Origin: a virus
Lineage: Duplodnaviria > Heunggongvirae > Uroviricota > Caudoviricetes
Virus record (IMG/VR): IMGVR_UViG_2718218398_000008
Reading direction: 5' to 3' (one strand)
Length of the DNA stretch: 44,826 bases
A program made the translations under genes and the position numbers. This document shows positions 8,611-22,798 of this stretch, in pieces; the first letter of the stretch is position 1; every line of letters begins with the position of its first letter. The notes under the pieces are model-generated. The model was not told where the DNA came from and did not search any database. It saw only the letters and a program-made list of their open reading frames with translations.

Positions 8611-11168
8611 CGTCCACCTCCGGAGAACAGGCCACCATCACGCATCTGTGTCTGAATTTCATCACGGGCACCCTTGCGGGCCATGTCATACACCGCCTTC
8701 AGAGCAGCCGGACCTATCTGCCCGTTCGTGCCGTCGTTGTTAATCACCACATGGTTATTCTGCTCAAACGTCCCGGACGCCTGCGACCGGCTGTCTGCCA
8801 TGCTGCCCGGTGTACCGACATAACCGCCGGTGGCATAGCCGCGCATCAGCCGGTAAAGATTCCCCACGCCAATCCGGCTGGTTGCCTCCTTCGTGAAGAC
8901 AAACTCACCACGGTGAACAATCCCCGCTGGCTCATATTTGCCGCCGGTTCCCGTAAATCCTCCGGTTGCAAAATGGAATTTCGCCGCAGCGGCCTGAATG
9001 GCTGTACCGCCTGACGCGGATGCGCCGCCACCAACAGCCCCGCCAATGGCGCTGCCGATACTCCCGACAATCCCCACCATTGCCTGCTTAAGCAGAATTT
9101 CTGTCATCATGGACAGCACGGAACGGGTGAAGCTGCGCCAGTTCTGCTCACTGCCGGTCAGCATCGCCGCCATATTCTGTGCAATACCATCAAAGGTCTG
9201 CGTGGCTGCACTTTTTACCTGCGACATACTGTCCGTGGCGCTCTCTTCCCACTCACTCCAGCCGGACTTCAGGCCTGCCATCCAGTTCCCGCGAAGCTGG
9301 TCTTCAGCCGCCCAGGTCTTTTTCTGCTCTGACATGACGTTATTCAGCGCCAGCGGATTATCGCCATACTGTTCCTTCAGGCGCTGTTCCGTGGCTTCCC
9401 GTTCTGCCTGCCGGTCAGTCAGCCCCCGGCTTTTCGCATCAATGGCGGCCCGTTTTGCCCGTTGCTGCTGTGCGAATTTATCCGCCTGCTGCGCCAGCGC
9501 GTTCAGGCGCTCCTGATACGTAACCTTGTCGCCAAGTGCAGCCAGCTGGCGTTTGTACTCCAGCGTCTCATCTTTATGCGCCAGCAGGGATTTCTCCTGT
9601 ACAGACAGCTGGCGACGTTGCGCCGCCTCCTCCAGTACCGCGAACTGACTCTCCGCCTTCCACAAATCCCGGCGCTGCTGGCTGATTTTCTCATTTGCTC
9701 CGGCATGCTTCTCCAGCGTCCGGAGTTCAGCCTGAAGCGTCAGCAGGGCAGCATGAGCACTGTCTTCCTGACGATCGCCCGCAGACACCTTCACGCCGGA
9801 CTGCTTCGGCTTTTTCAGTGTCGTTTCATAGTCCTTTTTCGCTGCCGCCATCAGCGTGTTGTAATCTGCCTGCAGGATTTTTCCGTCTTTCAGGGCCTTA
9901 TTCAGTTCTTCCTGACGGGCGGCATATTTCTCCAGCGGCGTCTGCAGCCGTTCGTAAGCCTTCTGCGCCTCTTCGGTATATTTCAGCCGTGACGCTTCGG
10001 TATCGCTCTGCTGCTGCGCATTTTTGTCCTGTTGACTCTGCTGTTCAGCCTTCTTTCGGGCGGCTTCAAGCGCAAGACGGGCCTTTTCACGATCATCCCA
10101 GTAACGCGCCCGCGCTTCATCGTTAACAAAATAATCATCCTTGCGCAGATTCCAGATGTCGTCTGCTTTCTTAAACGCAGCCTCTGCCTTAATCAGCATC
10201 TCCTGCGCGGTATCAGGACGACCAATATCCAGCACCGCATCCCACATGGATTTGAATGCCCGCGCAGTCCTGTCTGCCCAGGTCTCCAGCGTGCCCATGT
10301 TCTCTTTCAGGCGGCGGGTCTGGTCATCAAACCCTTTCGTTGCGGCCTCGTTCGCCGCCTGCAATGCCCCGGCTTCATCGCCGGAACGCTGCAACTGAGC
10401 AACATACGCAATCTGCTCCGCCGTCACGTTATGGAACTGGCGTGCCATCGCCGTCAGCCCCGACGTCGGGTCTGTGGTCAGCTTCCCGAAGGCTTCAGCG
10501 ACCTTGTCCACCTCCACGCCGGATGCAGAGGAGAAACGCGCCACACTCTGGCTGATGGACGCAATCTGAGCCTCACCGCTTACCCCCGCCTTAACCAGTG
10601 CGCTGAGTGACTCGCTGGTCTGGTTAAACGTCAGCCCTGCCGCCTGCCCGGCTCTGGACAGGACCAGCATACGATCTGCCGTCAGACCCGCCTGATTGCC
10701 GGAAAGGACCAGCGTTTTGTTGAAATCGGACAGGGTTGAGTTGCCCTGATACCAGGCATACGCCAGCGCACCGGTCGCCACCGCCAGCGAGGTGGCCCCC
10801 ACCATCGGCAGGGTGATCGCACCGGCAAGCCCCCTGAACATGGGGATCATCCCGCCGAAGGAGTCCTTCACCTGCCCCCCCTGTTGCAGCAGGATCAGCC
10901 ACGGACTTTGCCCGCCTGCAAGCTGCGTGGCCACGTCGGTGAACTGTGCAGGCAGCATACGCATGGCGGCTTTATACTGCCCGACGGAAATCCCCGCTTT
11001 CTGTGCAGCCAGCGCCTGTCGGCTCAGCGACTGTTCAACGACTGCCGCTGTTTTTTTCGCATCACTTTCCGTACCGGAAAAATGACGCCTGACTCTGGCC
11101 ATCTGCTCGTCAAATCTGGCCGCATCCAGACTCAAATCAACGACCAGATCGCCTACCGGTTCAGCCAT
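8607..11168 (-). CDS. H: tail tape measure protein H
   Basis: 853 aa, same length as lambda H; coiled-coil-rich middle; Gly-rich C-terminal region. Confidence 0.95.
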   Translation of the reverse strand: MAEPVGDLVVDLSLDAARFDEQMARVRRHFSGTESDAKKTAAVVEQSLSRQALAAQKAGISVGQYKAAMRMLPAQFTDVATQLAGGQSPWLILLQQGGQVKDSFGGMIPMFRGLAGAITLPMVGATSLAVATGALAYAWYQGNSTLSDFNKTLVLSGNQAGLTADRMLVLSRAGQAAGLTFNQTSESLSALVKAGVSGEAQIASISQSVARFSSASGVEVDKVAEAFGKLTTDPTSGLTAMARQFHNVTAEQIAYVAQLQRSGDEAGALQAANEAATKGFDDQTRRLKENMGTLETWADRTARAFKSMWDAVLDIGRPDTAQEMLIKAEAAFKKADDIWNLRKDDYFVNDEARARYWDDREKARLALEAARKKAEQQSQQDKNAQQQSDTEASRLKYTEEAQKAYERLQTPLEKYAARQEELNKALKDGKILQADYNTLMAAAKKDYETTLKKPKQSGVKVSAGDRQEDSAHAALLTLQAELRTLEKHAGANEKISQQRRDLWKAESQFAVLEEAAQRRQLSVQEKSLLAHKDETLEYKRQLAALGDKVTYQERLNALAQQADKFAQQQRAKRAAIDAKSRGLTDRQAEREATEQRLKEQYGDNPLALNNVMSEQKKTWAAEDQLRGNWMAGLKSGWSEWEESATDSMSQVKSAATQTFDGIAQNMAAMLTGSEQNWRSFTRSVLSMMTEILLKQAMVGIVGSIGSAIGGAVGGGASASGGTAIQAAAAKFHFATGGFTGTGGKYEPAGIVHRGEFVFTKEATSRIGVGNLYRLMRGYATGGYVGTPGSMADSRSQASGTFEQNNHVVINNDGTNGQIGPAALKAVYDMARKGARDEIQTQMRDGGLFSGGGR

Positions 11169-11595
11169 ACCGGACTCCTCCTGCGATCCCTTCTGATACT
11201 GTCATCAGCATTACGTCATCCTCCGTCATGTCCGCCACATCCGGGGAAGCGGGGATAACTTCATTCCCGTCCGGGCCAAAGCGGACACCTCCGGCAAGCC
11301 CTGCCGCTTTCTGCATCAGCACATCATCTTCAGGCTCTTCGTCAGCCTCGCGCCGGTTCAGCAGACTGAAATCCAGCGGATGCATATCCGGATCGCTGAA
11401 AAACAGGCTGAGCACGGTGTACGTCAGCCCGGAAAAGTGCATATCCAGCAGAACATCATGAAAATAATGGGTACTGTAAAAGCGGTGCCAGTCGGCATAC
11501 TCCGTGGATGACATCCCGGCAAGCATGGCACGCCAGTCGGGTCGCCCCATCTCACGCGCCAGTTTCAGGGCAAAACTCAGCTCACCGTCGAACAC
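11161..11595 (-). CDS. T: tail assembly protein T frame, expressed as G-T fusion by programmed -1 frameshift
   Basis: Lambda T-like ORF in -1 frame overlapping 3' end of G; slippery GGGAAAG on coding strand at ~11595..11601. Confidence 0.8.
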   Translation of the reverse strand: MFDGELSFALKLAREMGRPDWRAMLAGMSSTEYADWHRFYSTHYFHDVLLDMHFSGLTYTVLSLFFSDPDMHPLDFSLLNRREADEEPEDDVLMQKAAGLAGGVRFGPDGNEVIPASPDVADMTEDDVMLMTVSEGIAGGVRYG

Positions 11596-11999
11596 TTTCC
11601 CGCAGAAACAGGCTCTGCAGGCCCGGCGTCCTCTGCCTGTTCGGGGGCATTATTCACCACAAACTCATACATACCGGACAGCCGGTACACCACGTTTTCA
11701 GCATGAGAAATTGCCTCTGTGGGCCAGGTGGTAAGCACTTCCTGCTCAATCTGTTTAACGGCTTCATTCATGGACGGCATCTGCGTCTTCTTCGGATGGT
11801 TATGCCACAGGGACATCGCCACCAGAAACGCGCCGGTTCTGATGACGTCTTCCACAGTAACCTGCCGGTTGCTGTCGGATCCCGCCGGTTCTGCCTGCCG
11901 TTTCATCAGGGCAAGATGCTCAATACGCTGCAGGGCTGACAGTTCAGAAAGCGTGACGGTCACGCCGTTATATTCAAATGATTCGGTTTTCAGGAACAT
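11577..11999 (-). CDS. G: tail assembly chaperone G
   Basis: Lambda G-like, 140 aa, ends ...PAEPVSAGKCSTVS with the slippery site in the GKC codons. Confidence 0.9.
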   Translation of the reverse strand: MFLKTESFEYNGVTVTLSELSALQRIEHLALMKRQAEPAGSDSNRQVTVEDVIRTGAFLVAMSLWHNHPKKTQMPSMNEAVKQIEQEVLTTWPTEAISHAENVVYRLSGMYEFVVNNAPEQAEDAGPAEPVSAGKCSTVS

Positions 12000-12014
12000 C
12001 GCTGACTCTCCGGA

Positions 12015-12755
12015 TTAACTGGCGGTGACGGTGATTTCTGCAACCGCAGCAAACTCACCATTACCGGATACAACCGGAATGTTGACCTTGCCTGCAGCAA
12101 CGCCGTTCACGGTGATGGTCATACCGCTGACCGACACGGTGGCTTTTGTTTTATCCGCAGACACCGCACGGAAGCTCTTGTCGGTTGCGCCCTCCGGCTG
12201 GAATGCCACGGTCAGCGTAGTGCTCTGCCCTTTCACTACGGAAGCACTGGCGGGTGTCACCGTCATGCCGGTTGTCGCCGTCACCGTGCTGCGATCTTCT
12301 GCCATCGACGGACGTCCCACGTTGGTGACTTTCACCGTGCGGGTGATCACTTCCTTCGCCGTCACCGCCTTACCGATACTGCTGACCCAGCCGCGGAACA
12401 CATCGACCGTGCCGTTCGGGAAGCGGATTTTATAGGCACGGGTATCCCCTTCATTAAACCACGCCAGCAGCGCCTGCTGCCCCTGCTCTCCGGGCATCCA
12501 CGCCAGCGTGAAGCTGGTATCTCCGGCAGATTTCTGCCCCTGCCCGGTCGCAGTCCAGTCCGCATCTTCATCATCGAGATAGCTGTCGTCATAGGACTCA
12601 GCGCTCAGTTCGCCGGGCGTCAGGTCTTTAACTTTAGCCAGACGCGACCAGTCAACGTCTGAAAGCGGGTTCGCATAAGGGTCACCGTTCCCCTTATAAA
12701 CCCACAGGGTGGTCCCGGCCCCTTTCACCGGCATTACTGGATTTGGTACAGGCAT
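12015..12755 (-). CDS. V: major tail protein V (start at MPVPNPV; Ig-like C-terminal domain)
   Basis: Lambda V-like over full length, 246 aa from internal Met. Confidence 0.95.
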   Translation of the reverse strand: MPVPNPVMPVKGAGTTLWVYKGNGDPYANPLSDVDWSRLAKVKDLTPGELSAESYDDSYLDDEDADWTATGQGQKSAGDTSFTLAWMPGEQGQQALLAWFNEGDTRAYKIRFPNGTVDVFRGWVSSIGKAVTAKEVITRTVKVTNVGRPSMAEDRSTVTATTGMTVTPASASVVKGQSTTLTVAFQPEGATDKSFRAVSADKTKATVSVSGMTITVNGVAAGKVNIPVVSGNGEFAAVAEITVTAS

Positions 12756-12762
12756 ATCGTCC

Positions 12763-13158
12763 TCACATTTCATAGGTAATGACATAAGTCAGATCGGCTG
12801 AACTCCACAGGCCCGCATCATCGTCGCGCCGGTAGTCATAGCCACTGGCCACCATACTGGTGATCAAATCTGACAGTGCCGGGACATCGCTCATCACCGG
12901 ATAAATCCGGGACTCCATCCACGAATCCAGCTCTGAATCCGGCACCTGAGCAGGCAGGAAAACTTCAATATGCAGCTCCGCCTGCCAGGTATCGCTGTCC
13001 AGCTCTTCGCCCGTGTATTCAGCGCCGGTGAGATAAACGGCAACTGCCGGAAAATCCTCCTCATCAAAAACAGCGGGGCGACCATCAAAAAGCGTCGCCC
13101 CGGTGTCATGTTTTTCCAGTGCATCCAGTACGGCTGCACGGAGTTCTGTATGTTTCAT
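12763..13158 (-). CDS. U: tail terminator protein U
   Basis: Lambda U-like, 131 aa. Confidence 0.9.
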   Translation of the reverse strand: MKHTELRAAVLDALEKHDTGATLFDGRPAVFDEEDFPAVAVYLTGAEYTGEELDSDTWQAELHIEVFLPAQVPDSELDSWMESRIYPVMSDVPALSDLITSMVASGYDYRRDDDAGLWSSADLTYVITYEM

Positions 13159-13733
13159 CGCTTTATTACCATCCTCAGTTGATGCTGCAGCGCATAGCCC
13201 AGCTCTTTCGGAAGACGTTCACGCCGTATCCGCTCAATATTCTGTTTAAACGCCGTGGTCAGCGGCACTGCCATCGGGATTTTCACCACATCAATGGGGT
13301 AACGGTTTTTCCCGGCCACACGCTGCATGACATGCCATCGGCCATTTTTCAGTTGCTGAATAAACGCGCCGGGAATACGACGGTTTCCCACCACAAGCAC
13401 GCTGTCGCCACCTTTCAGGGATGAACGCTGCCCCTTTTTACGACGCCTGCGTCGGGACAGGACAACCCGCGCGTTACCCAGCCTGATTACGGGCAAATCC
13501 CCCCGGTTAACCTTGATTCTGGCCTGCGGATTTTTGACCGTGGCCCTTTTCAGCCTGGCCCTTTCCTTTACCAGTTTCCGGCGTACCTTTGTCTCACGGG
13601 CAACCTGTGACGCCGACTGCGATATCGCGGATGAAGCAACGCGGTTAATGGCCATTGCGGCGGCACCGGGCACCGCCGTTCTGCTGATACGGCTGAGGTT
13701 TTCAACGGCCTGCTCAAGACCTTTTATGGCCAT
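13155..13733 (-). CDS. Z: tail completion protein Z
   Basis: Lambda Z-like, 192 aa. Confidence 0.9.
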   Translation of the reverse strand: MAIKGLEQAVENLSRISRTAVPGAAAMAINRVASSAISQSASQVARETKVRRKLVKERARLKRATVKNPQARIKVNRGDLPVIRLGNARVVLSRRRRRKKGQRSSLKGGDSVLVVGNRRIPGAFIQQLKNGRWHVMQRVAGKNRYPIDVVKIPMAVPLTTAFKQNIERIRRERLPKELGYALQHQLRMVIKR

Positions 13734-13744
13734 ACATCCCCCCT

Positions 13745-14098
13745 TCAGCGACGACGGTTAACGGCAGGCGGCACGCCACGCCCAAGCCAGAGATGACAGC
13801 TTCCGCCATCATCCGTCGAAATCCGGTCTATCCAGAAGTTTTCCTCACCGATGGTCAGCGTGTCGCCGCGCCGCAGCTGCCGCACATCATCAGTCCGGAC
13901 AAACAGGGACGGGCTGGAGCCTTCAACGCGCACGCCCTGTCCGGCATAGCTGATATTTTCAGGGTCATCAAAAACACCACGTATTACTGCGCCGGACTGC
14001 TCACCGGATGTCATGGTGGCTGACGTTCCCATGTACCCGCGTATCGTTTCATCGGCGCGGACAATGGCAGCATCGAACAGGTTATCGAAATCAGCCAC
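13745..14098 (-). CDS. FII: head-tail connector protein FII
   Basis: Lambda FII-like, 117 aa. Confidence 0.9.
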   Translation of the reverse strand: MADFDNLFDAAIVRADETIRGYMGTSATMTSGEQSGAVIRGVFDDPENISYAGQGVRVEGSSPSLFVRTDDVRQLRRGDTLTIGEENFWIDRISTDDGGSCHLWLGRGVPPAVNRRR

Positions 14099-14109
14099 AG
14101 CGCCTCCCG

Positions 14110-14508
14110 TTATTGCATTCTGGCCAGGCCACGTTCTGTCATTTCGGCTGCCACACCGGCAGAGACACGGAACGCCGTTCCCGGAAGCACAAATGCCACA
14201 GGTTCATCCCGCGTGGCGTGAAGTGCATCAGTATGCAGCGTCACCAGTGCCACGACCGTGACCAGTTCAGACGTATCCAGAATCACGGTATCCGGCTGCG
14301 CTGATCCCACCTCATTTTCATGTCCGGTCAGCACATTTTCCCGGCTGAGAGGGGTGTCCTGACCGGCAGTTTCATCCGTGTCATCAAGCTCCTCTTCCAG
14401 CTCTGCCACACGGAGCGCCAGTTCTTCTTTCGTCCCCGTCAGGCTGACATCACGGTTCAGTTGTTCACCCAGCGAGCGGAGACGGGCAATCAGTTCATCT
14501 TTCGTCAT
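14110..14508 (-). CDS. FI: DNA packaging protein FI (start at MTKDEL)
   Basis: Lambda FI-like, 132 aa from internal Met. Confidence 0.9.
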   Translation of the reverse strand: MTKDELIARLRSLGEQLNRDVSLTGTKEELALRVAELEEELDDTDETAGQDTPLSRENVLTGHENEVGSAQPDTVILDTSELVTVVALVTLHTDALHATRDEPVAFVLPGTAFRVSAGVAAEMTERGLARMQ

Positions 14509-14549
14509 GGACTCCTCCACAGAGAAACAATGGCCCCGAAGGGCCATGA

Positions 14550-15575
14550 TTACGCCAGTTGTACGGACACGAACTCATCAGGGTCAGCCAGCAGCATCAG
14601 CGGTGCTGACTGAATCATGGTGAACTCACGCGCCGGATCGCCGGTGGTCACCCAGTTTTTCGGGTAACGGGCAGAGGCGTTAATGCCTTCGAGCTGTGCG
14701 TCCGCATCCTGAATGCAGCCATAGGTGCGCAGACCGCGTGCCTGAGTGTTCCCCAGCACCATCGTGTTGTCCGGCAGGAAGTTCTTTTTGACGCCGTTTT
14801 CCACGTACTGTCCGGAATACACGACGATGGCCACATCGCCATACATCCCCTTATAGGACACCGCTTTACCCAGGTCTTTCACCGCTGTCTCCAGCTCGGA
14901 ATTAGAACCACGACGGGTATCCAGCTTCTCCTTGACGGCTTTGAAGGAACGGAACAGCGCCCAGCCTTTCGGATCGAACACGATGATATTCACCACACCG
15001 CTGGCGTTCAGCGCGTAGGCTTCGATATCGTCGGTCGGGTCATACGTGGACTTGTCACGCTTGCTCCACTCCGTGCCGCCGGACTGCGTGATGTTATTCT
15101 CCTCACTGCGGCCCATATCCACCTCAACCGGATCGAAGGCTTCACCGGTCATGGTGTATTTGCCCTTAAGCACGGCAGAAACTGCCTGCATCTCTTCGAC
15201 CTGAGCAATGGCCAGCTCTTCGTCACGCATGTTCTGCATGATGATGCGACGGCGGCGGTAAGCCGGGTCCACCAGATTCTGCGGATCTTCATCCGGCAGG
15301 CGACGCAGGGTCATCTGCGGATTCACTTCATGCTTCGGCTTGACATATCCCGGCGTAAATTCAGAGGTGGAGCCGCCACGGGAACGGATAACCTCACCGG
15401 AAACAATCGGCGAAACGTACAGCGCCATGTTTACCAGTCCCGGAATTTGTGAGAGATAGACTTTCTCCGTGGTGAAGGGATAGCTCTCACGGAAAAAGAG
15501 ACGCAGAAACAGCGGATCAAACTTAAATTTCTGCTCATTTGCCGCCAGCAGCTGGGCGGTTGTGTACATCGACAT
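14550..15575 (-). CDS. E: major capsid protein E (start at MSMYTTAQ)
   Basis: Lambda E-like, 341 aa. Confidence 0.95.
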   Translation of the reverse strand: MSMYTTAQLLAANEQKFKFDPLFLRLFFRESYPFTTEKVYLSQIPGLVNMALYVSPIVSGEVIRSRGGSTSEFTPGYVKPKHEVNPQMTLRRLPDEDPQNLVDPAYRRRRIIMQNMRDEELAIAQVEEMQAVSAVLKGKYTMTGEAFDPVEVDMGRSEENNITQSGGTEWSKRDKSTYDPTDDIEAYALNASGVVNIIVFDPKGWALFRSFKAVKEKLDTRRGSNSELETAVKDLGKAVSYKGMYGDVAIVVYSGQYVENGVKKNFLPDNTMVLGNTQARGLRTYGCIQDADAQLEGINASARYPKNWVTTGDPAREFTMIQSAPLMLLADPDEFVSVQLA

Positions 15576-15630
15576 AAAAAAATCCCGTAAAAAAAGCCGC
15601 ACAGGCGGCCTTTAGTGATGAAGGGTAAAG

Positions 15631-15963
15631 TTAAACGATGCTGATTGCCGTTCCGGCAAACGCGGTCCGTTTTTTCGTCTCGTCGCTGGCAGCCTCCGGC
15701 CAGAGCACATCCTCATAACGGAACGTGCCGGACTTGTAGAACGTCAGCGTGGTGCTGGTCTGGTCAGCAGCAACCGCAAGAATGCCAACGGCAGCACCGT
15801 CGGTGGTGCCATCCCACGCAACCAGCTTACGGCTGGAGGTGTCCAGCATCAGCGGGGTCATTGCAGGCGCTTTCGCACTCAATCCGCCGGGCGCGGTTGC
15901 GGTATGAGCCGGGTCACTGTTGCCCAGCGGCTGGTAATGGGTAAAGGTTTCTTTGCTCGTCAT
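15631..15963 (-). CDS. D: head decoration protein D (start at MTSKETF)
   Basis: Lambda D-like, 110 aa. Confidence 0.95.
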   Translation of the reverse strand: MTSKETFTHYQPLGNSDPAHTATAPGGLSAKAPAMTPLMLDTSSRKLVAWDGTTDGAAVGILAVAADQTSTTLTFYKSGTFRYEDVLWPEAASDETKKRTAFAGTAISIV

Positions 15964-15972
15964 AAACATCCC

Positions 15973-16578
15973 TTACACTGGTGTGTTCAGCAAATCGTTA
16001 ACGGCATCAGATGCCAGGTTACCTGCAGCCAGCGGTGCCGGTGCCCCCTGCATCAGACGATCCAGCGCAGTGTCACTGCGCGCCTGTGCACTCTGTGGTG
16101 CAACTGCCAGAATGCGGCGGGCCGTTTCCACGGTCATACCAGGGGTTTCGGCCAGCACGCGTGCCTGTTCTTCGCGTCCGTGAGCTTCCTCACAGTTGAG
16201 GATCCCCATAATGCGACTGTTTTCTGCCGCAACCGCTGCGGTGATCTGCGCGTTCACGTCCGGCTGCGCAGCGCTGGCGTTCTCGCCCTCCGTCGCTGGC
16301 ACCACGCCAGTAACGTCAGCCTGCGAAGCAGTGGCTGAAACAGTTGTTGATTGAGTCTCTTTGGTCATTCGCCCTCCTGAGAGACGGGATTTACGTGCAT
16401 CCAGTGCATCACGCATGACGGTGATCGCATCGGTACTGTTAACAAGTTCATCAGCCAGTCCGGCATCAATGGCCTCCTGACCGCTGTACACTGCAGCCTC
16501 GGTATCCAGCACAGCCTGCACGGACAGGCCGGTATATGCCGACACCTTCTGTGCAAACATCCGGCGGGTTGCATCCAT
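15973..16578 (-). CDS. nu3: scaffold protein Nu3, nested in-frame in the 3' part of C
   Basis: In-frame internal ATG at ~16578 with same length as lambda nu3 (606 nt); by analogy with lambda. Confidence 0.5.
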   Translation of the reverse strand: MDATRRMFAQKVSAYTGLSVQAVLDTEAAVYSGQEAIDAGLADELVNSTDAITVMRDALDARKSRLSGGRMTKETQSTTVSATASQADVTGVVPATEGENASAAQPDVNAQITAAVAAENSRIMGILNCEEAHGREEQARVLAETPGMTVETARRILAVAPQSAQARSDTALDRLMQGAPAPLAAGNLASDAVNDLLNTPV

Positions 16579-17272
16579 CCGGGACTGCAGTGTTTCCCGG
16601 ACATCATCCGGTAGATGGCTGTAGGGGTTGCCATCCACCTTATGGCTGCCGCTGTAAATCAGCGTGATTTCCACGCCCTGTTTCTCCAGCGCAGCACCGT
16701 AATTACTGTGAGCCATCATGACGCCGATGGAGCCTGTCCGGGCGGTCTGCGTGACCAGACGTCGGGAGGCGGCGCTGGCAAGCAACTGACCTGCACTGCA
16801 GTTCATGTCGTTGGCCAGCGCCCATACCGGCTTTATGTCACGCACACGGGCGATGATGTCAGCGCAGTCAAATGCCCCTGCCACCATCCCGCCTGGCGTA
16901 TCCATATCGAGCAGAATGCCGTCCACCATCGGGTCGCTGGCAGCCTGTTGCAGACGGGCGATAATGCCGTTGTAACCGGTCATCCCCGAATACGGCTGCA
17001 GCGCTCGCGTCCGACTGACCAGCGTGCCGGACACCGGCAGCACGGCGATGCCGTTCATGACCTGATAACTGCGGGCCTGTCGTGGTCCGTCATCATCAAC
17101 GGATAACGCCAGCGCCGCGGGTGCCTCTCCGGCAGTCAGGCTGTCGCCGGATACCGCATCCGTCAGGCGGCTGATCCCAAGCTGGCCTGCAAGCGCACAA
17201 AAGAAAACCCGCGCATAGGCGGGTTCAAGCATCAGCGGCTCATTAAAGGCCATACTGGCAATATGCGGGAGA

Positions 17273-17292
<20 letters not shown>
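15973..17292 (-). CDS. C: capsid assembly protease C (S49 family), GTG start
   Basis: Lambda C-like from VTAELRNLPHIASMAFNEPL...; 440 codons; ORF-track Met lies upstream inside B. Confidence 0.9.
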
Positions 17293-20973
<3,681 letters not shown>

Positions 20974-20999
<26 letters not shown>

Positions 21000-21519
21000 T
21001 CAGCAACCCCGGTATCAGTTCATCCAGCGCGGCTGCTTTGTTCATGGCTTTGATGATATCCCGTTTCAGGAAATCAACATGTCGGTTTTCCAGTTCCGGA
21101 AAACGCCGCTGCACCGACAGGGGGATCCCGTCGAGAATACTGGCAATTTCACCTGCGATCCGCGACAGCACGAAAGTACAGAATGCGGTTTCCACCACTT
21201 CAGCGGAGTCTCTGGCATTTTTCAGCTCCTGTGCGTCGGCCTGCGCACGCGTAAGTCGATGGCGTTCGTACTCAATAGTCCCTGGCTGGAGATCTGTCTC
21301 GCTGGCCTGTCGCAGTTCTTCAACCTCCCGGCGCAGCTTTTCGTTCTCAATTTCAGCATCCCTTTCGGCATACCATTTTATGACGTCGGCAGAGTCATAA
21401 AGCACCTCATTACCCTTCCCACCGCCTCGCAGAACGGGCATTCCCTGCTCCTGCCAGTTCTGAATAGTACGGATACTCGCGCCGAAAATGTCAGCCAGCT
21501 GCTTTTTGTTGACTTCCAT
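20974..21519 (-). CDS. nu1: terminase small subunit Nu1
   Basis: Lambda Nu1-like MEVNKKQLADIFGASIRTIQNWQEQGMPVLRGGGKGNEV..., 181 aa. Confidence 0.95.
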
Positions 21520-21696
21520 TGTTCATTCCACGGACAAAAACAGAGAAAGGAAACGACAGAGGCCAAAAAGCCCGTTTTCAGCACCTGTCGTTTCCTTTCT
21601 TTTCAGGGAGTGTTTTAAATAAAAACATTAAGTTACGGCGAAGAAGAACGGAAACGCCTTAAACCGGAAAATTTTCATAAATAGCGAAAACCCGCG

Positions 21697-21708
21697 AGGT
21701 CGCCGCCC
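21697..21708. other. cos: cosN cohesive end site (12-nt lambda-type sequence AGGTCGCCGCCC, i.e. GGGCGGCGACCT on the other strand)
   Basis: Exact 12-mer ~180 bp upstream of nu1 start; flanking sequence resembles lambda cos region. Confidence 0.8.
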
Positions 21709-21856
21709 CGTAACCTGTTGGATCGACGGAAAGGACCCGAAAACGAGAATAATTATCACTTACAGCAAGAATCGAATCTGATCTATTATGGTGCTTGCTA
21801 TTATGTGCCGGCACAAGTGCGTCGTTTACCGTCATTTCACACAGAGGCATCATCAA

Positions 21857-22108
21857 ATGAAAATCAGAAATATTCTCGCTATCTCCCTTGCGACATCATC
21901 CTTCAGTTGCCTGGCATTTAAATCCTCGCCCAATGTGCTACCAGGACCAACGAATCAACTAACTGCGGTAGAAAGTAAAATTATCGGACATTTTTATGCC
22001 CCACACAGTACATTACCCGGAACAACCATCACAGGGACATGTGACGCCTCCCCCGTCCCGGGATGCACCTGTCCGTTTTGTACTATGCTGCGTAGCCAAA
22101 ACCGATAA
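21857..22108 (+). CDS. small secreted Cys-rich protein (84 aa with signal peptide; mature part ends ...CDASPVPGCTCPFC...)
   Basis: Start chosen at MKIRNILAISLATSSFSCLA with AGAGG ribosome-binding site ~9 nt upstream; four Cys clustered near C-terminus. Confidence 0.5.
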   Translation: MKIRNILAISLATSSFSCLAFKSSPNVLPGPTNQLTAVESKIIGHFYAPHSTLPGTTITGTCDASPVPGCTCPFCTMLRSQNR

Positions 22109-22169
22109 CATCCGCATTTACCTGGTATTCCATGATGAGTTCACGCAGCGACTGATAGAGGAAGGAAAG

Positions 22170-22349
22170 ATGGTTAGTAAAAGCAAGGCGCATTGCCGCC
22201 GCATGCTGCAGGCATTGCAACAGACGAGAGCAGGTATTTTTGACCAGTTGGAAAACTGCCAGCATACTTTGCCCGAGTATATCGCCATCTCATCGGAAAC
22301 CAGTGCAACTCTTATTCATCGGGTTCCACCAGAGAAAAAGAAGAAATGA
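22170..22349 (+). CDS. hypothetical small basic protein (59 aa)
   Basis: Strong GAGGAAGG ribosome-binding site immediately upstream of ATG; followed by a hairpin; no family recognised. Confidence 0.35.
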   Translation: MVSKSKAHCRRMLQALQQTRAGIFDQLENCQHTLPEYIAISSETSATLIHRVPPEKKKK

Positions 22350-22362
22350 ACAGTGAGGCGTT

Positions 22363-22387
22363 GTGTGGCATACAACGCCTTCTTCCA
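22363..22387. terminator. stem-loop (9-bp perfect inverted repeat AGGCGTTGT/ACAACGCCT) between convergent genes
   Basis: Inverted repeat read directly; weak T-tract, so terminator function uncertain. Confidence 0.4.
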
Positions 22388-22471
22388 TCATTCCTCGTCA
22401 GCCATGACAAAAATATAACCGCTGGCTCTTTCATTTTTCTCCTGCTTCCAGCCCCTCTCTACCTGGAAGCA

Positions 22472-22798
22472 TCAAGGACGTGACGGCGTAAAGATAAATT
22501 GTCTCTTCACTCCCTGACAGGGGCGATTCTTTTCAAATCGCCATTTCGCCATGGCCTTCACCACTTCATCACGAAACAAATTATGAGGCTCTGAGCGGAG
22601 AAAAACGATCCGTGTCACAGTCCCATCAGCACCAATATCGAACTTAACCTCAACCAGCCCCTTGATATAATTTGCTGCAGCATATTCCGGATATCGTGGA
22701 TACACCGTCACTAATTGCCGGGGCTCATCAGCTTTTTGCTGCGAGCATCCCACTGCCAGGACAGATAACAGAAAAAGTAGTAAAAGGCGTCTTTTCAT
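22472..22798 (-). CDS. lipoprotein with TonB C-terminal-like domain (start at MKRRLLLLFLLSVLAVGC lipobox)
   Basis: Signal peptide plus lipobox LAVGC; C-terminal region resembles the TonB_C fold. Confidence 0.65.
   Translation of the reverse strand: MKRRLLLLFLLSVLAVGCSQQKADEPRQLVTVYPRYPEYAAANYIKGLVEVKFDIGADGTVTRIVFLRSEPHNLFRDEVVKAMAKWRFEKNRPCQGVKRQFIFTPSRP

Noticed and set aside
8998-10610. Several 85-190-aa plus-strand ORFs antisense to tape measure gene H
   Set aside because: Antisense frames within a confidently identified lambda H gene; Cys/Arg/Leu-rich low-complexity products.
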